A stretch of 64,000 nucleotides of DNA from Macrostomum lignano (lineage: Eukaryota). The translations under genes and the position numbers were made by a program. The stretch covers positions 1 through 64,000 of the forward strand of contig NIVC01000996.1 of NCBI GenBank assembly GCA_002269645.1, given 5' to 3'. This document shows positions 25,401 to 38,201 of this stretch, piece by piece. The notes beneath the pieces were generated by a model. That model did no database searches. It worked only from the letters and a program-made list of their open reading frames with translations, and was not told the DNA's origin. How positions within the stretch are numbered: the first letter of the stretch is position 1; each line of letters begins with the position of its first letter.

Positions 25401-25540
25401 CTGTCTTGGGATGTTTTGTTTTTAGAGGGAATGTCTGTTGTTTTTTATGAAGGCTTTATTTTGCTGTCTATTTGTTATTTGTAAAGAACAAGGATTCTAT
25501 CCAGATGTCCCCCATCGGGGGGCGAAGATTGCTAGTGATG

Positions 25541-28500
25541 ATATATACTAAAAATGAGTTGTTTGTTTGTACGCAATCGATTAGAGAAAAAATGGCTGGA
25601 CCGATTTTCTTCGAACTTGCACTGTTCGATCAGAAATTTTCCTGGGACGGTACATGCATCTTGGCTAAGAAATTGCTCCATGTTAAAGCGATTAAATATT
25701 CGAAAAACATGCTTTTTTGCAAAGGTCAAGCAAACTTTTCGACTTGAAATGCATTGTAAGAATGCTAGAGAAAAAACTGACTGGTTGAATTCTGATTCTG
25801 AAATGGATTACATCATAACTGAATTGTAACTCCGACTTGAATTGCGTCACAGTATTGAAAATGCAGTGTGGAAGCGTAGCACCAGACTTGATTTAGATTG
25901 CGCAACAATATTGTTAACTGATACTGACTGACTGAGAAATTGATTATGTAATAACTGCCTCGTGTGATTTACTCTATGCTTGGAGTTTTGAAACTTATAA
26001 TTATAAGTGCTGAATTCATGTTATCAAAACGATGAGAGCTAGCCTAGAGGTAAACAGACTGAACTGCTAAATGCAGAAACGATGGTTCGAATTTTTAGAG
26101 AGTAGAGTTTTTTTAATTAAAGCTCTTTAACGCCAAGAAAACTAAAAAAATCATAAAAGCGTCATGTAAAAAATCATAGAAGCGTCATGTAAAAAATCGT
26201 GGAAGTGTCATGTAAAAAATCGTGGAAGCATCATGTAAAAAGCATAGAAGCGTCATGTAAAAAATCATAGAAGCGTCATGTAAACAATCATAGAAGCGTC
26301 ATGCAAACAATCATAGAAGCGTCATGTAAACAATCATAGAAGCGTCATGTAAACAATCATAGAAGCATCGTGTAAACAATCATAGAAGCGTCATGTAAAC
26401 AATCATAGAAGCGTCATGCAAACAATCATAGAAGCGTCATGTAAACAATCATAGAAGCGTCATGTAAACAATCATAAAAGCATCGTGTAAACAATCATAG
26501 AAGCGTCATGTAAAATATCGTAAGAGCGTAATATAAAAATCATAGAAGCGTCATTTAAAAAATCATAGAGGCGTCATATAAAAATCAAAAAAACGTCATG
26601 TAAAAAATCATAGAAGCGTCATGTAAAAATCATAGAGGTGTCATGTAAAAATCATTGAAGCGTCCTGCAGAAATCGTAGAAGCGTCATGAAATAATCATA
26701 GAAGCGTCATGTAAAAAATCATAGAAGCGTCATGTAAAAAATCATAGAAGCGTCATGTAAAAAATCATAGAAGCATCGTGTAAACAATCATAGAAGCGTC
26801 ATGTAAAAAATCATAGAAGCGTCATGTAAAAAATCATAGAAGCGTCATATAAACAATCATAGAAGCGTCATGTAAACAATCATAGAAGCGTCATGTAAAA
26901 ATCATAGAAGCGTCATGTAAAAATCATAGAAGCGTCATGTAAAAAATCATAGAAGCGTCATGTAAAAAATCATAGAAGCATCGTGTAAACAATCATAGAA
27001 GCGTCATGTAAAAATCATAGAAGCGTCATGTAAAAAATCATAGAAGCGTCATCTGAAACATCATAAAAGCGTCATGTAAAAAATCATAGAAGCGTCATGT
27101 AAAAAATCATAGAAGCGTCATGTAAAAAATCATAGAAGCATCGTGTAAACAATCATAGAAGCGTCATGTAAAAAATCATAGAAGCGTCATGTAAAAAATC
27201 ATAGAAGCGTCATATAAACAATCATAGAAGCGTCATGTAAACAATCATAGAAGCGTCATGTAAAAATCATAGAAGCGTCATGTAAAAATCATAGAAGCGT
27301 CATGTAAAAAATCATAGAAGCGTCATGTAAAAAATCATAGAAGCATCGTGTAAACAATCATTGAAGCGTCCTGCAGAAATCGTAGAAGCGTCATGAAATA
27401 ATCATAGAAGCGTCATGTAAAAAATCATAGAAGCGTCATGTAAAAAATCATAGAACCGTCATGTAAAAAATCATAGAAGCGTCATGTAAAAAATCATAGA
27501 AGCATCGTGTAAACAATCATAGAAGCGTCATGTAAAAAATCATAGAAGCGTCATGTAAAAAATCATAGAAGCGTCATATAAACAATCATAGAAGCGTCAT
27601 GTAAACAATCATAGAAGCGTCATGTAAAAATCATAGAAGCGTCATGTAAAAATCATAGAAGCGTCATGTAAAAAATCATAGAAGCGTCATGTAAAAAATC
27701 ATAGAAGCATCGTGTAAACAATCATAGAAGCGTCATGTAAAAATCATAGAAGCGTCATGTAAAAAATCATAGAAGCGTCATCTAAAACATCATAAAAGCG
27801 TCATGTAAAAAATCGTAGAAGCGTCACTTAAAAAATCATAGAAGTGTCATGTAAAAAATCGTGGAAGCATCATGTAAAAAGCATAGAAGTGTCATGTAAA
27901 AAATCATAGAAGCGTCATGTAAACAATCATAGAAGCGTCATGTAAAAAATCGTGGAAGCATCATGTAAAAAGCATAGAAGTGTCATGTAAAAAATCATAG
28001 AAGCGTCATGTAAACAATCATAGAAGCGTCATGCAAACAATCACAGAAGCGTCATGTAAACAATCATAGAAGCTTCTTGTAAAAAATCGTAGAAGCGTCA
28101 TGAAAAAATCATTAAAGCGTCATGTAAAAATCATAGAAGAGTCATGTAAAAAATCGTAAGAGCGTAATATAAAAATCATAGAAGCGTCATTTAAAAAATC
28201 ATAGAGGCGTCATATAAAAATCAAAAAAACGTCATTTAAAAATCATAGAAGCGTCATGTAAAAAATCATAGAAGCGTCATGTAAACAATCATAGAAGCGT
28301 CATGTAAAAAATCATAGAAGCGTCATGTAAACAATCATGGAAGCGTCATGTAAACAATCATAGAAGCGTAATGTAAAAATCATAGTAGCGTCATGTAAAA
28401 AATCATAGAAGCGTCATGTAAAAAGCATAGAAGCGTCATATAAACAATCATAGAAGCGTCATGCAAACAATCATAGAAGCGTCATGTAAAAATCATAGAA

Positions 28501-30723
28501 GCGTCATGTAAAAATCATTGAAGCGTCCTGCAGAAATCGTAGAAGCGTCATGAAATAATCATAGAAGCGTCATGTAAAAAATCATAGAAGCGTCATGTAA
28601 AAAATCATAGAAGCATCGTGTAAACAATCATAGAAGCGTCATGTAAAAAATCATAGAAGCGTCATGTAAAAAATCATAGAAGCGTCATATAAACAATCAT
28701 AGAAGCGTCATGTAAACAATCATAGAAGCGTCATGTAAAAATCATAGAAGCGTCATGTAAAAATCATAGAAGCGTCATGTAAAAAATCATAGAAGCGTCA
28801 TGTAAAAAATCATAGAAGCGTCATATAAACAATCATAGAAGCGTCATGTAAACAATCATAGAAGCGCCATGTAAACAATCATAGAAGCGCCATGTAAAAA
28901 TCATAGAAGAGTCATGTAAAAAATCATAGAAGCGTCATGTAAACAATCATAGAAGCGTCATGTAAAAATCATAAAAGCGTTATGTAAACAATCATAGAAG
29001 CGTCATTTAAAAAATCATAGAAGCGTCATTTTAAAAATCATAGAAGCGTCATATAAACAATCATAGAAGCGTCATGTAAACAATCATAGAAGCGTCATAT
29101 AAACAATCATAGAAGCGTCATGTAAACAATCATAGAAGCGTCATGTAAAAATCATAGAAGCGTCATGTAAAAATCATAGAAGCGTCATGTAAAAAATCAT
29201 AGAAGCGTCATGTAAAAAATCATAGAAGCGTCATATAAACAATCATAGAAGCGTCATGTAAACAATCATAGAAGCGTCATGTAAACAATCATAGAAGCGC
29301 CATGTAAAAATCATAGAAGAGTCATGTAAAAAATCATAGAAGCGTCATGTAAACAATCATAGAAGCGTCATGTAAAAATCATAAAAGCGTTATGTAAACA
29401 ATCATAGAAGCGTCATTTAAAAAATCATAGAAGCGTCATTTTAAAAATCATAGAAGCGTCATATAAACAATCATAGAAGCGTCATGTAAACAATCATAGA
29501 AGCGTCATGAAAAAATCATAGAAGCGTCATGTTAAAATCATAGAAGCGTCATGAAAAAATCATAGAAGCGTCATTTAAAAACTAATGAAAGTGTCATTTA
29601 AAAAATTAAGAAGCATCATAGTAGAATAAAAGAAGCGTCATGTCAGACATGAAAGGTGTCATGGAAAAATTAAATGCAGCTATAATGCTGTGCTGGGGAG
29701 AAAAACTGAGACGTCAAGGCTCTCAGAGAATAACTGAGATTACGGGGGGGGTTTCTGAGATGTCAAAGCAAAAGTCAGAAGCTAATTCAAAGTTCATGTA
29801 CTTTACTCAATTTTTTTATTGCATTCTTTGTTGGCTCGCCACGGGAGGCGCTGATAGAAGAAGAGTCATGTAAAAAATAAAAGTAGCACTATATATACAT
29901 AAAAGAAAAGTCATGTCGAAGTTAAAAGATTCATTTGGGAATTGCTACGATGTCAAAGCTAGGTGGAAATCGTTATAGTGCTGTGATTCTTAAAGAAGGA
30001 ATCACTAAAATGTCAAGGCTTAGGGGAGAAGAATTGCTGAGATTTCAAGGCTTTATGTTGGGTTAAAGTTAGGTTTAGGTCAGGTGTGGGTTGAGGGTTA
30101 TATTTTATCGAGTTTCAAGGTTAGCAGGGGATTTTTCAGATTTCAAGGTTTATGGGCGCCATCGCTGACATGTTAAGGCTTACGGGGGAATAGCTGAGAT
30201 GTCAAGGCTCACGGGGGTATAAATGAGATTTCAAGGCTAAAGTCAGAAGCTACATGTAGTTTATTGAAAACTTTTTATTACATTATTTGATGCCTCCTCA
30301 GGGGAGGGATCGCTGATTAAAAAAGCGTAATGTAAAAAATAAAAGAAGCTTCATGTCGAAGTTAAGATATTCATTTGGGAATCCCTACGATGTCGAGGCT
30401 TGCAGGGAATCGCTATAATGCTGTAGTAGTGCTATAATGACTCTTAGAGAGAATTACTGAAATTTCAATGCTTTAGGGTTAGGTTAGGGTTAGGGTTAGA
30501 AGGTTGACAGATATTTTTAGATTTCCAAGGCTTATTGGGGGCATGGCTGAGATGTCAAGGGGGGAAGTTGATATGTTAAAGCTTGTGGGGGGGGAATTAT
30601 TGACATGTCAAGGCTTACAAGGTTTGATAGGAGATTTTTTAAGATTTCAAGGATACATGTAGCTTATTAAAAAAACGTGTATTGCATTTCTTTGGCTCCC
30701 CAACGGGGGGCGTAGATTGCTAG
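25541..30723 (+). mobile_element. Family-A non-autonomous Helitron A2 carrying a satellite array
   Basis: 5' and 3' arms are near-identical to A1; ends CTCCCCaacGGGGGGcgtagattgCTAG|T at 30723. The 5' TC is not evident. Confidence 0.82.
26144..29580. repeat. Tandem satellite, same 21-23 bp unit as 15993-19040
   Basis: About 3.4 kb of monomers. Confidence 0.97.
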
Positions 30724-31810
30724 TAGAAGCTACTAAAAGTAGACACGGACAGGTAGTGGAAAAAATTTTTACTCGCAATACTGCTTTTAAATACATGTAT
30801 TTGCAATATGAAGTTCAAAAATATAATTTTACAGAGCATTCCGATCGTTAATATCATATGTCAAATATGAATGCATGCATGCACTTCTATAGTGTGTGTA
30901 CATGTGATGAATGTGGTAGCTACCATATAAAAAGATAACACAAATACATTTCTTTGATCAAGCCAGAATGATAGAAATTAATATAAAAAAGTTATATTCA
31001 CAAAGTATATTATTGCATACATATATCGAAAAAAATGTGATTAATCGATTCCTACTAGTAGATAAAAAACTCGATCGCTAACAACAAAATCACAAAAAGC
31101 ATGAGCTTGTTTTTATTCTTTACAAGATAATTTATCAAACCATAATTACTAGTTGCAAAAAATAAATTTCTATCACATTATACACATTATATATAGCGAC
31201 CATTAGCGGCGCGTGTCACATGATTCTGTCCAACAAAGCGAGATGTAAAAAAACTCCATAATAAATGAAAAGTTCTCCGAATTATCACAAGTTTTTAGAT
31301 AAATACGAATAAAAATACAAATACCTGCCTAGAATTTAGTTCGAAGATCGTTCACGCTACCCTTCATTTCATTATTCATTAAGGACCATCGAAGTGCTAC
31401 TAGCACACAATTCAATCTTTTAAAAAAACATAATGTCAAATGCAGTGCTTCGAAGAAAACGCGTCATTTGAAAGTTCTAATCATTTGCACGTAAAAGATT
31501 TTAGTATTAAACAGTGCTTTTGATTTATAGCGTTTTTTATTTTTAACACAGAAATTATCAATTCTTACTGAATATATTTTCGGCTTGTGTTATTTTTTTA
31601 AAATTTGTGTTATAACTATCACAAGCAACGCCCGAGCAATTTTTGAAATTCCCGATTCCGTATTTTTATTATCGTGAGTGGATATTGAGTCTGATTGTAA
31701 TTGCATATTCTTACTAAATTAATTGACTGTATTGTTAATAGCTATTTATTACTTTTCTCAAACCGAGTAAATAAATCATTGACTAAGTATAAATTAAAAT
31801 CGCCTAAGAA

Positions 31811-34359
31811 ATGGATGACAAACCAGTTATCGAACTCTTTATTAAGGTGAGATGCCCATTATATTTGTTGTAAAGATTTCTTATGTACTTTATATTCATT
31901 TCTTGTTTATTAGTTGATTATATCATAATCTAAATTATGACTTTCAAATAAATAATATTCAAACCTGGGCATGATTTGAAGCTGTTATTAAATCTACCCA
32001 CATGACACATCCACATTAAACACTGTTAAACTCAATAACTTAATACTTGCACTTACTATTACTATTCTTTCATTTAATGTTCATATTTCAGTTGTAGTAA
32101 TACTTTAATCTGCTTTCTCGCTTAGTATTTTAATTATTGTTAGTTTAATAGTTCAATGGACTTTTTCTAACTCTGAGGATGTACATAATTTTAAAGTAAA
32201 ATAAAAAACAGCTTATTGTTATATAAAAAAAATTGTGTTTTTTTCTACCACTTCAGGTTTCCCCAATCGGCCGCGAAGACAAAGGCCCCTGCCCCATCAG
32301 CCAGCAATGGTTCATGGTTTTCTATCTATTGGCCGAGAAAAAGATTGTCAACCTATTTGTCACTACTGTCAACCCCGACCTACCACCCGAAGCCTATCAA
32401 GCCCTTGACGTTGGCAAGCGTCTGCCTGTTGCTCGCGTAATTAAAGGTCGCGATCTCAAGGGCACGGATTTGGAGAATCTGGTCTGCGACACCAATGATG
32501 AAATTGAGCAGCTCATGGACGTGTGGCGGTGTCCAGCCTTGGCTTTGCCGAAAGAAAGCCCCGAAGAAGCGGCCGCAGAGCGCTGCTTTGCAGATCTGTA
32601 CACTGGCTTGAACATCTTCTTGAAGAGCGGAGTCGATACCAAGCTGAGAACGTCTCTGTTTAAGATTAACAGCTACCTGGCTGAGAGACCGGATGTGCAG
32701 TATCTGATTGGTCAGGAGCTTAGCTATGCGGATTGCCAGCTGATGCCCAAACTGCATCACGCCAGGATTGCTGCCAAGGTTTTTATCGGGGTTTTGTGCG
32801 ACCATTTGGTCATTGGGTTTGGGTGCTATGACTGTGGGTTTCAGTTGGGTTTTAGTGTGGGTTTCAGTTGGGGTTTAGTGTGGGTTTCAGTTGGGTTTTT
32901 AGTTTGTGTTTCAGTTGGGGTTTAGTGTGGATTTCAGTTGGGTTTTTAGTTTGTGTTTCAGTTGGGGTTTAGTGTGGGTTTTCGTTGGGTTTTTAGTTTG
33001 GGTTTTAGTTGGATGTTTAGTTTGGGTTTCAGTTAAGTGTTTAGTTTGGGTTTCGGTAGGATGTTTAGTTTGTGTTTCAGTTGGGGTTTAGTGTGGGTTT
33101 CAGTTGGGTTTTTAGTTTGTGTTTCAGTTGGGATTTAGTGTGGGTTTCAGTTGGGGTTTACATGTAGTGTGGGTTTCAGTTGGGTTTAGTGTGTGTTTCA
33201 GTTGGGGTTTAGTGTGTGTTTCAGTTGGGGTTTAGTGTGGGTTTCAGTTGGGGTTTAGTGTGGGTTTCAGTTGGATGTTTAGTTTGTGTTTCAGTTGGGG
33301 TTTAGTGTGGTTTTCAGTTGGGTTTTTAGTTTGTGTTTCAGTTGGGATTTAGTGTGGGTTTCAGTTGGGGTTTACATGTAGTGTGGGTTTCAGTTGGGTT
33401 TAGTGTGTGTTTCAGTTGGGGTTTAGTGTGTGTTTCAGTTGGGGTTTAGTGTGTGTTTCAGTTGGGTTTAGTGTGTGTTTCAGTTGGATGTTTAGTTTGT
33501 GTTTCAGTTGGGTTTAGTGTGTGTTTCAGTTGGGTTTAGTGTGTGTTTCAGTTGGGGTTTAGTGTGGGTTTCAGTTGGGTTTAGTGTGGGTTTCAGTTGG
33601 GGTTTAGTGTGTGTTTCAGTTGGGGGTTTAGTGTGTGTTTCAGTTGGGGTTTAGTTTGGGTTTTCGTTGGGTTTTAGTTGGATGTTTAGTTTGGGTTTTA
33701 GTTGGATGTTTAGTTTGGGTTTCAGTTAAGTGTTTAGTTTGGGTTTTAGTTGGATGTTTAGTTTGGGTTTCAGTTAAGTGTTTAGTTTGGGTTTCAGTTA
33801 AGTGTTTAGTTTGGGTTTCAGTTAGGTGTTTAGTTTGGGTTTCAGTTAAGTGTTTAGTTTGGGTTTTAGTTGGATGTTTAGTTTGGGTTTCAGTTAAGTG
33901 TTTAGTTTGGGTTTTAGTTGGATGTTTAGTTTGGGTTTCAGTTAAGTGTTTAGTTTGGATTTCACTTGGGTGTTTAGTTTGGGTTTCAGTTAGGTGTTTA
34001 GTGTCTGTTTCAGTGCGCTGTATTTGGGTGCGGGAATAATGCTTGATGCTTGTCAATTATTTCAATTAGTATTCGCCTGTCAAGTGGGGTTAACGGTGGT
34101 TCCTCCGCATCCGCAGGCCTACCGCAATTACGACATTCCATCGCCGGATCTGCGCTTCCTTCAGCAGTACATGGAGCGCATGTACAAGACCGCAGCGTTT
34201 GTAGACAGCTGCCCAGCCGATAGGGACATTGTGCAGCATTATTTCGACAAATTGGACCCTCCATCTCGGCAGCACCTACCTGTGAAGCCGTCACTGATGC
34301 GAGCCACCTGCACCCTGTCTCTGGACGACATCAACCCGGAAATTGCCGGACGAAAGTGA
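31811..34359 (+). CDS. CLIC: Chloride intracellular channel (CLIC, GST-omega fold), 266 aa. Exons 31811-31846, 32257-32778, 34117-34359
   Basis: MDDKPVIELFIK|VSPIGREDKGPCPISQQWFM (CPxS motif), VTTVN, LSYADCQLMPKLHH, YRNYDIP, SCPADRDIVQHY. GT-AG introns join in frame (801 nt). Confidence 0.92.
32830..34010. repeat. GT-rich 22-24 bp minisatellite filling CLIC intron 2
   Basis: gtttcagttggggtttagtgtg variants, then tttagtttgggtttcagttaagtg (24 bp). Confidence 0.92.
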
Positions 34360-35718
34360 ATTTAAACAAATTGATTGATTTTCCGTTATTTAAACGAAAA
34401 AGCGTGTTTTATCCATGCTGCTGCAAATAAGTGAACTTTTTTAAATTGTATGATAACTTGTGCGATATTATCAATGATACTTTGATTCTAAAATTGAAAT
34501 GATATTTCTGGTCAGTACGGAACCTGTTCTTCCTTGATTTAATATAATTTTGTTTAAATTCTAAAGTAGCTTTTTATCCGGCTCATTTTGTTTATAATTT
34601 ACTGTCACGCTTTGCAGTTCACTTCCAGAATGTTCGCAACCAATATTGTGGGGAACTCTATTTTAAAACGTTTGTTTAATTGCGCTGACTGTTTAATTTT
34701 TATTTCGGTTGTGAAAAAAATCACTTTTTTATTGTTAAATTGTTGTCAATAATTTTGGCTGTGTTACTTTAATAAATCACGTGCAAATATTATTTCCAGT
34801 ATTTAAATCTGCTTTTTTTTAGGTTTAAAGTGTTTATTTTGATTGTCGGCTTATTGGTGTTTACTCCTGTTTAGTTAACCTGTGCAATGATTTTCTTTTC
34901 ATCGCTGCAATGAAAATATATTTTTTTCTTCGAGACAATTCAGAATGCTTTAATCTTACAATAAAAATAAGTCTTGTATTGTAAGCACCACTAATTATAC
35001 TACTTGTTTTTTTATGGAGGTAGTAGTATGTAGTTCTGTAGTTCTAAGAAATGTCACTTTATATCTGTATTTTTTAAAATATATAACTAATATAAATTTA
35101 CTCTTAGCCTTTACTCACCACCAATGTTTAAACACTTTAAAATGTAAATTCTTATCCGTGTTCAAAAATTACGTTATTAAAGTTTTAACTGTTTACAGGC
35201 CGCTCTACAATAACAATGATGTTTACAGGAGTTCTGTTTCTCAACCAATATGAATCAGAGATTTGATGAAAGTCTTTAGAACCAGGGGCTTTAATACCAA
35301 GAGCTTTAGCACCAGAGGATTTAGCACCAGGGGCGCTAGCATAAATCAGTTACTCAAGAAACAGGAAACGTGCAGTTTTGAATGCTGGAGCGGTAGAGCA
35401 ATGATCCTACCTGTGAATGTCAGCAGCTCATTTACATGCGAAAATAGTACACTGTAGTTTAGCGTAGGATACTCGTAGCTATTATCTGTCTCGACTCGAC
35501 TGACTTTAGACACGCAATTCAATTGACTTGCCTTAAAACTAAGAGGCTATCGATGGGTTCAATCGAATATGGAAAGATAACAAAGTCAACATTGCTGATG
35601 CCAATGCTATAGTGTGTGTTGCGCCACAGCTGCTGCATACACAGGCTTGGGAGTGACGTACGCAGGATTTTTAACTGTGAGGACCGCAACACTAAGGGGC
35701 GCCAATATTTGGTGTCTT

Positions 35719-36760
35719 GTGTGGCCGCTTCTGTCTCTTGGTGGCCGTCCCTGTCTCTGCTGGTGGACGCCCCTGTCTCTTGGTGGACGCCCCTGTCTCT
35801 TGGTGGCCGTCCCTGTCTCTGCTGGTGGACGCCCCTGTCTCTTGGTGGACGCCCCTGTCTCTTGGTGGCCGCCCCTGTCTCTTGGTGGGCACCTCTATCT
35901 GTTAGTGGTCGCCCCTGTCTCTTGGTGGGCGCCCCTGCCTCTTGGTGGGCGCCCCTGCCTCTTGGTGGGCGCCCCTGCCTCTTGGTGGGCACCTCTATCT
36001 GTTAGTGGGCGCCCCTGTCTCTTGGTGGGCACCTCTATCTGTTAGTGGGCGCCCCTGACTCTTGGTGGCCGCCCCTGTCTCTTGGTGGGCGCCCCTGTCT
36101 CTTGGTGGGCACCTCTATCTGTTAGTGGGCGCCCCTGTCTCTTGGTGGGCACCTCTATCTGTTAGTGGGCGCCCCTGACTCTTGGTGGCCGCCCCTGTCT
36201 CTTGGTGGCCGCCCCTGTCTCTTGGTGGCCGCCCCTGTCTCTTGGTGGGCACCTCTATCTGTTAGTGGGCGCCCCTGACTCTTGGTGGCCGCCCCTGTCT
36301 CTTGGTGGCCGCCCCTGTCTCTTGGTGGGCGCCCCTGTCTCTTGTTGGGCGCCCCTGTCTCTTGGTGGCCGCCCCTGTCTCTTGGTGGGCACCTCTATCT
36401 GTTAGTGGGCGCCCCTGTCTCTTGGTGGGCGCCCCTGTCTCTTGGTGGACGCCCCTGTCTCTTGGTGACCGCCCCTGTCTCTTGGTGGCCGCCCCTGTCT
36501 CTTGGTGGCCGCCCCTGTCTCTTGGTGGCCGCCCCTGTCTCTTGGTGGGCGCCCCTGTCTCTTGGTGGACGCCCCTGTCTCTTGGTGACCGCCCCTGTCT
36601 CTTGGTGGCCGCCCCTGACTTTTGGTCGGCGCCCCTGACTTTTGGTCGGCGCCTCTGTCGATCCGTGTGGGCGGCCGGCCCCTGTCCCTGTCTTTTGGTG
36701 GGCGCCCCTGTCCTTTTCGTGGGCGCCCACCTGTCTCTTCTGTCTTTTAGGAAGTGAAAA
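35719..36760. repeat. GC-rich 20-bp minisatellite ggtgggcgcccctgtctctt
   Basis: About 1 kb of tandem copies with the recurrent variant ggcacctctatctgttagt. Confidence 0.93.
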
Positions 36761-36774
36761 TAGAAAATCTCTTG

Positions 36775-37326
36775 CAGGGGCGTAGGGAGGGGGGATAAGG
36801 GGATGTATCCCCCCCGAAGAGCCTGATCAAAACTTTTTTGTTGTCCTTTGTTGCTATACATGCTACCATGTGACTCTGTCATAGCACTTTTACCTTCGTG
36901 TACCCCCCCGTAGGAAATTCACCTTGGTGTATCCCCCCGTAGAAAATTCACCTTGGTGTATCCCCCCCCGTAGAAAACTCACCTTGGTGTATCCCCCCCG
37001 TAGAAAATTCACCTTGGTGTATCCCCTCCGTAGAAAATTCACCTTGGTGTATCCCCCCCGTAGAAAATTCTCCTTGGTGTATCCCCCCCCCCGTAGGAAA
37101 TTCACCTTGGTGTATCCCCCCGTAGAAAATTCACCTTGGTGTGTCCCCCCCGTAGAAAATTCACCTTGGTGTATCCCCCCGTAGGAAATTCACCTTGGTG
37201 TATCCCCCCGTAGGAAATTCACCTTGGTGTATCCCCCCCCGTAGAAAATTCACCTTGGTGTATCCCCCCCGTAGAAAATTCACCTTGGTGTATCCCCCCC
37301 GTAGGAAATTCCTGGCTAAGCCCCTG
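36775..37326. mobile_element. hAT-type MITE with an internal ~30-bp tandem array
   Basis: TIR CAGGGGCGTAG / CTAAGCCCCTG (10/11). Perfect 8-bp TSD ATCTCTTG at 36767-36774 and 37327-37334. Array ccccccgtagaaaattcaccttggtgtat at ~36890-37310. Confidence 0.88.
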
Positions 37327-38088
37327 ATCTCTTGGTAAGTAAATGATCGTAATGAGAATGAGGGTCAATGCCACAAGCGAACAACCATTGAATCAGCCGT
37401 GAATAATTGATGCAGAGCAGTTAAATAAAAATTGCAAAAACATGTTTACTTGGTAGTGCAGGATTTACTAACAGGTTGATTCAGGTGTAAACAGAGAGAA
37501 ATTTATTGCCAAACTACAGCAGCTCATCACCCGTTTGAGCCGGTAAACAGAATCCGTGGGTTGCTAAAATTTCTATGGATTCAAAAACATCAATACTCGT
37601 GTAGCTTTTAGTTGTTGATGAGCTATTTCTCAACAGAACGGGTGCTACTTTAACCCAATAACAATGCATAGCATAGACCCAACGAATATTTACAACTGTC
37701 TGAGCATAGAGCAAAAAATACACTTCAGATGGAAGATGGAAGAGCAATGGCACACTACGAGTAACAATGCACAGGCAGTTTAGGAGACGAAAATATAGCC
37801 CGTGACAGTTCTCTAATGCTAAGCAGAGAACAGCCACCGCTATTGTTATTACCATCCAATAGAAATGTCTCGCAAAAACATCGTCCAGCTGTTTTTTTCA
37901 AGCCTCATAAACAATTGCGTCTGCATACGCGGTCTCACAACGCCCCCTCATTATTTCGATGTGAGCCTGAAAATACGAAAACAACTCCAAGGGTGCATGG
38001 TTGGGCAGATTACTGCGCCTATGTTGATGAAAACATGCTGGATTGAAAAAAAACAAAAATACACATTCAGATGGCCTCGCAAAATGTC

Positions 38089-38096
38089 TATATAAG
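38089..38096 (+). promoter_or_regulatory. Putative TATA box of vWA gene copy 1
   Basis: TATATAAG ~110 bp upstream of the ATG, conserved in copy 2. Confidence 0.55.
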
Positions 38097-38201
38097 CGGC
38101 AATCGCGGAGCCCACAGAGGCAAAGGCTCCGAGAGAACTCGAATCGAGACAACTCAAAAGAAAACCCTTAAGCAAGAAAATCTTCAAGCAACAAAGCCTC
38201 C

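Larger units (their letters stand above)
22323..25535 (+). mobile_element. Family-A-related non-autonomous Helitron with two different satellite cores
   Basis: A|TCCTATATACTAAAAATGAGTTG; the 5' ~350 bp are homologous to A1; 3' TCCCCCatcGGGGGGcgaagattgCTAG|T. Confidence 0.85.

Noticed and set aside
15993-29580. CRISPR-like arrays (also 43487-44872 and 36890-37310)
   Set aside because: Monomers are contiguous with no unique spacers, there are no cas genes, and the context is eukaryotic.
33635-37184. Repetitive ORFs (TKHLTETQ, QETGAPTKRQGRPP, VYPPRRKFTL), likewise 24102-25450
   Set aside because: Translations of minisatellites, open in several frames; the first lies inside a CLIC intron.
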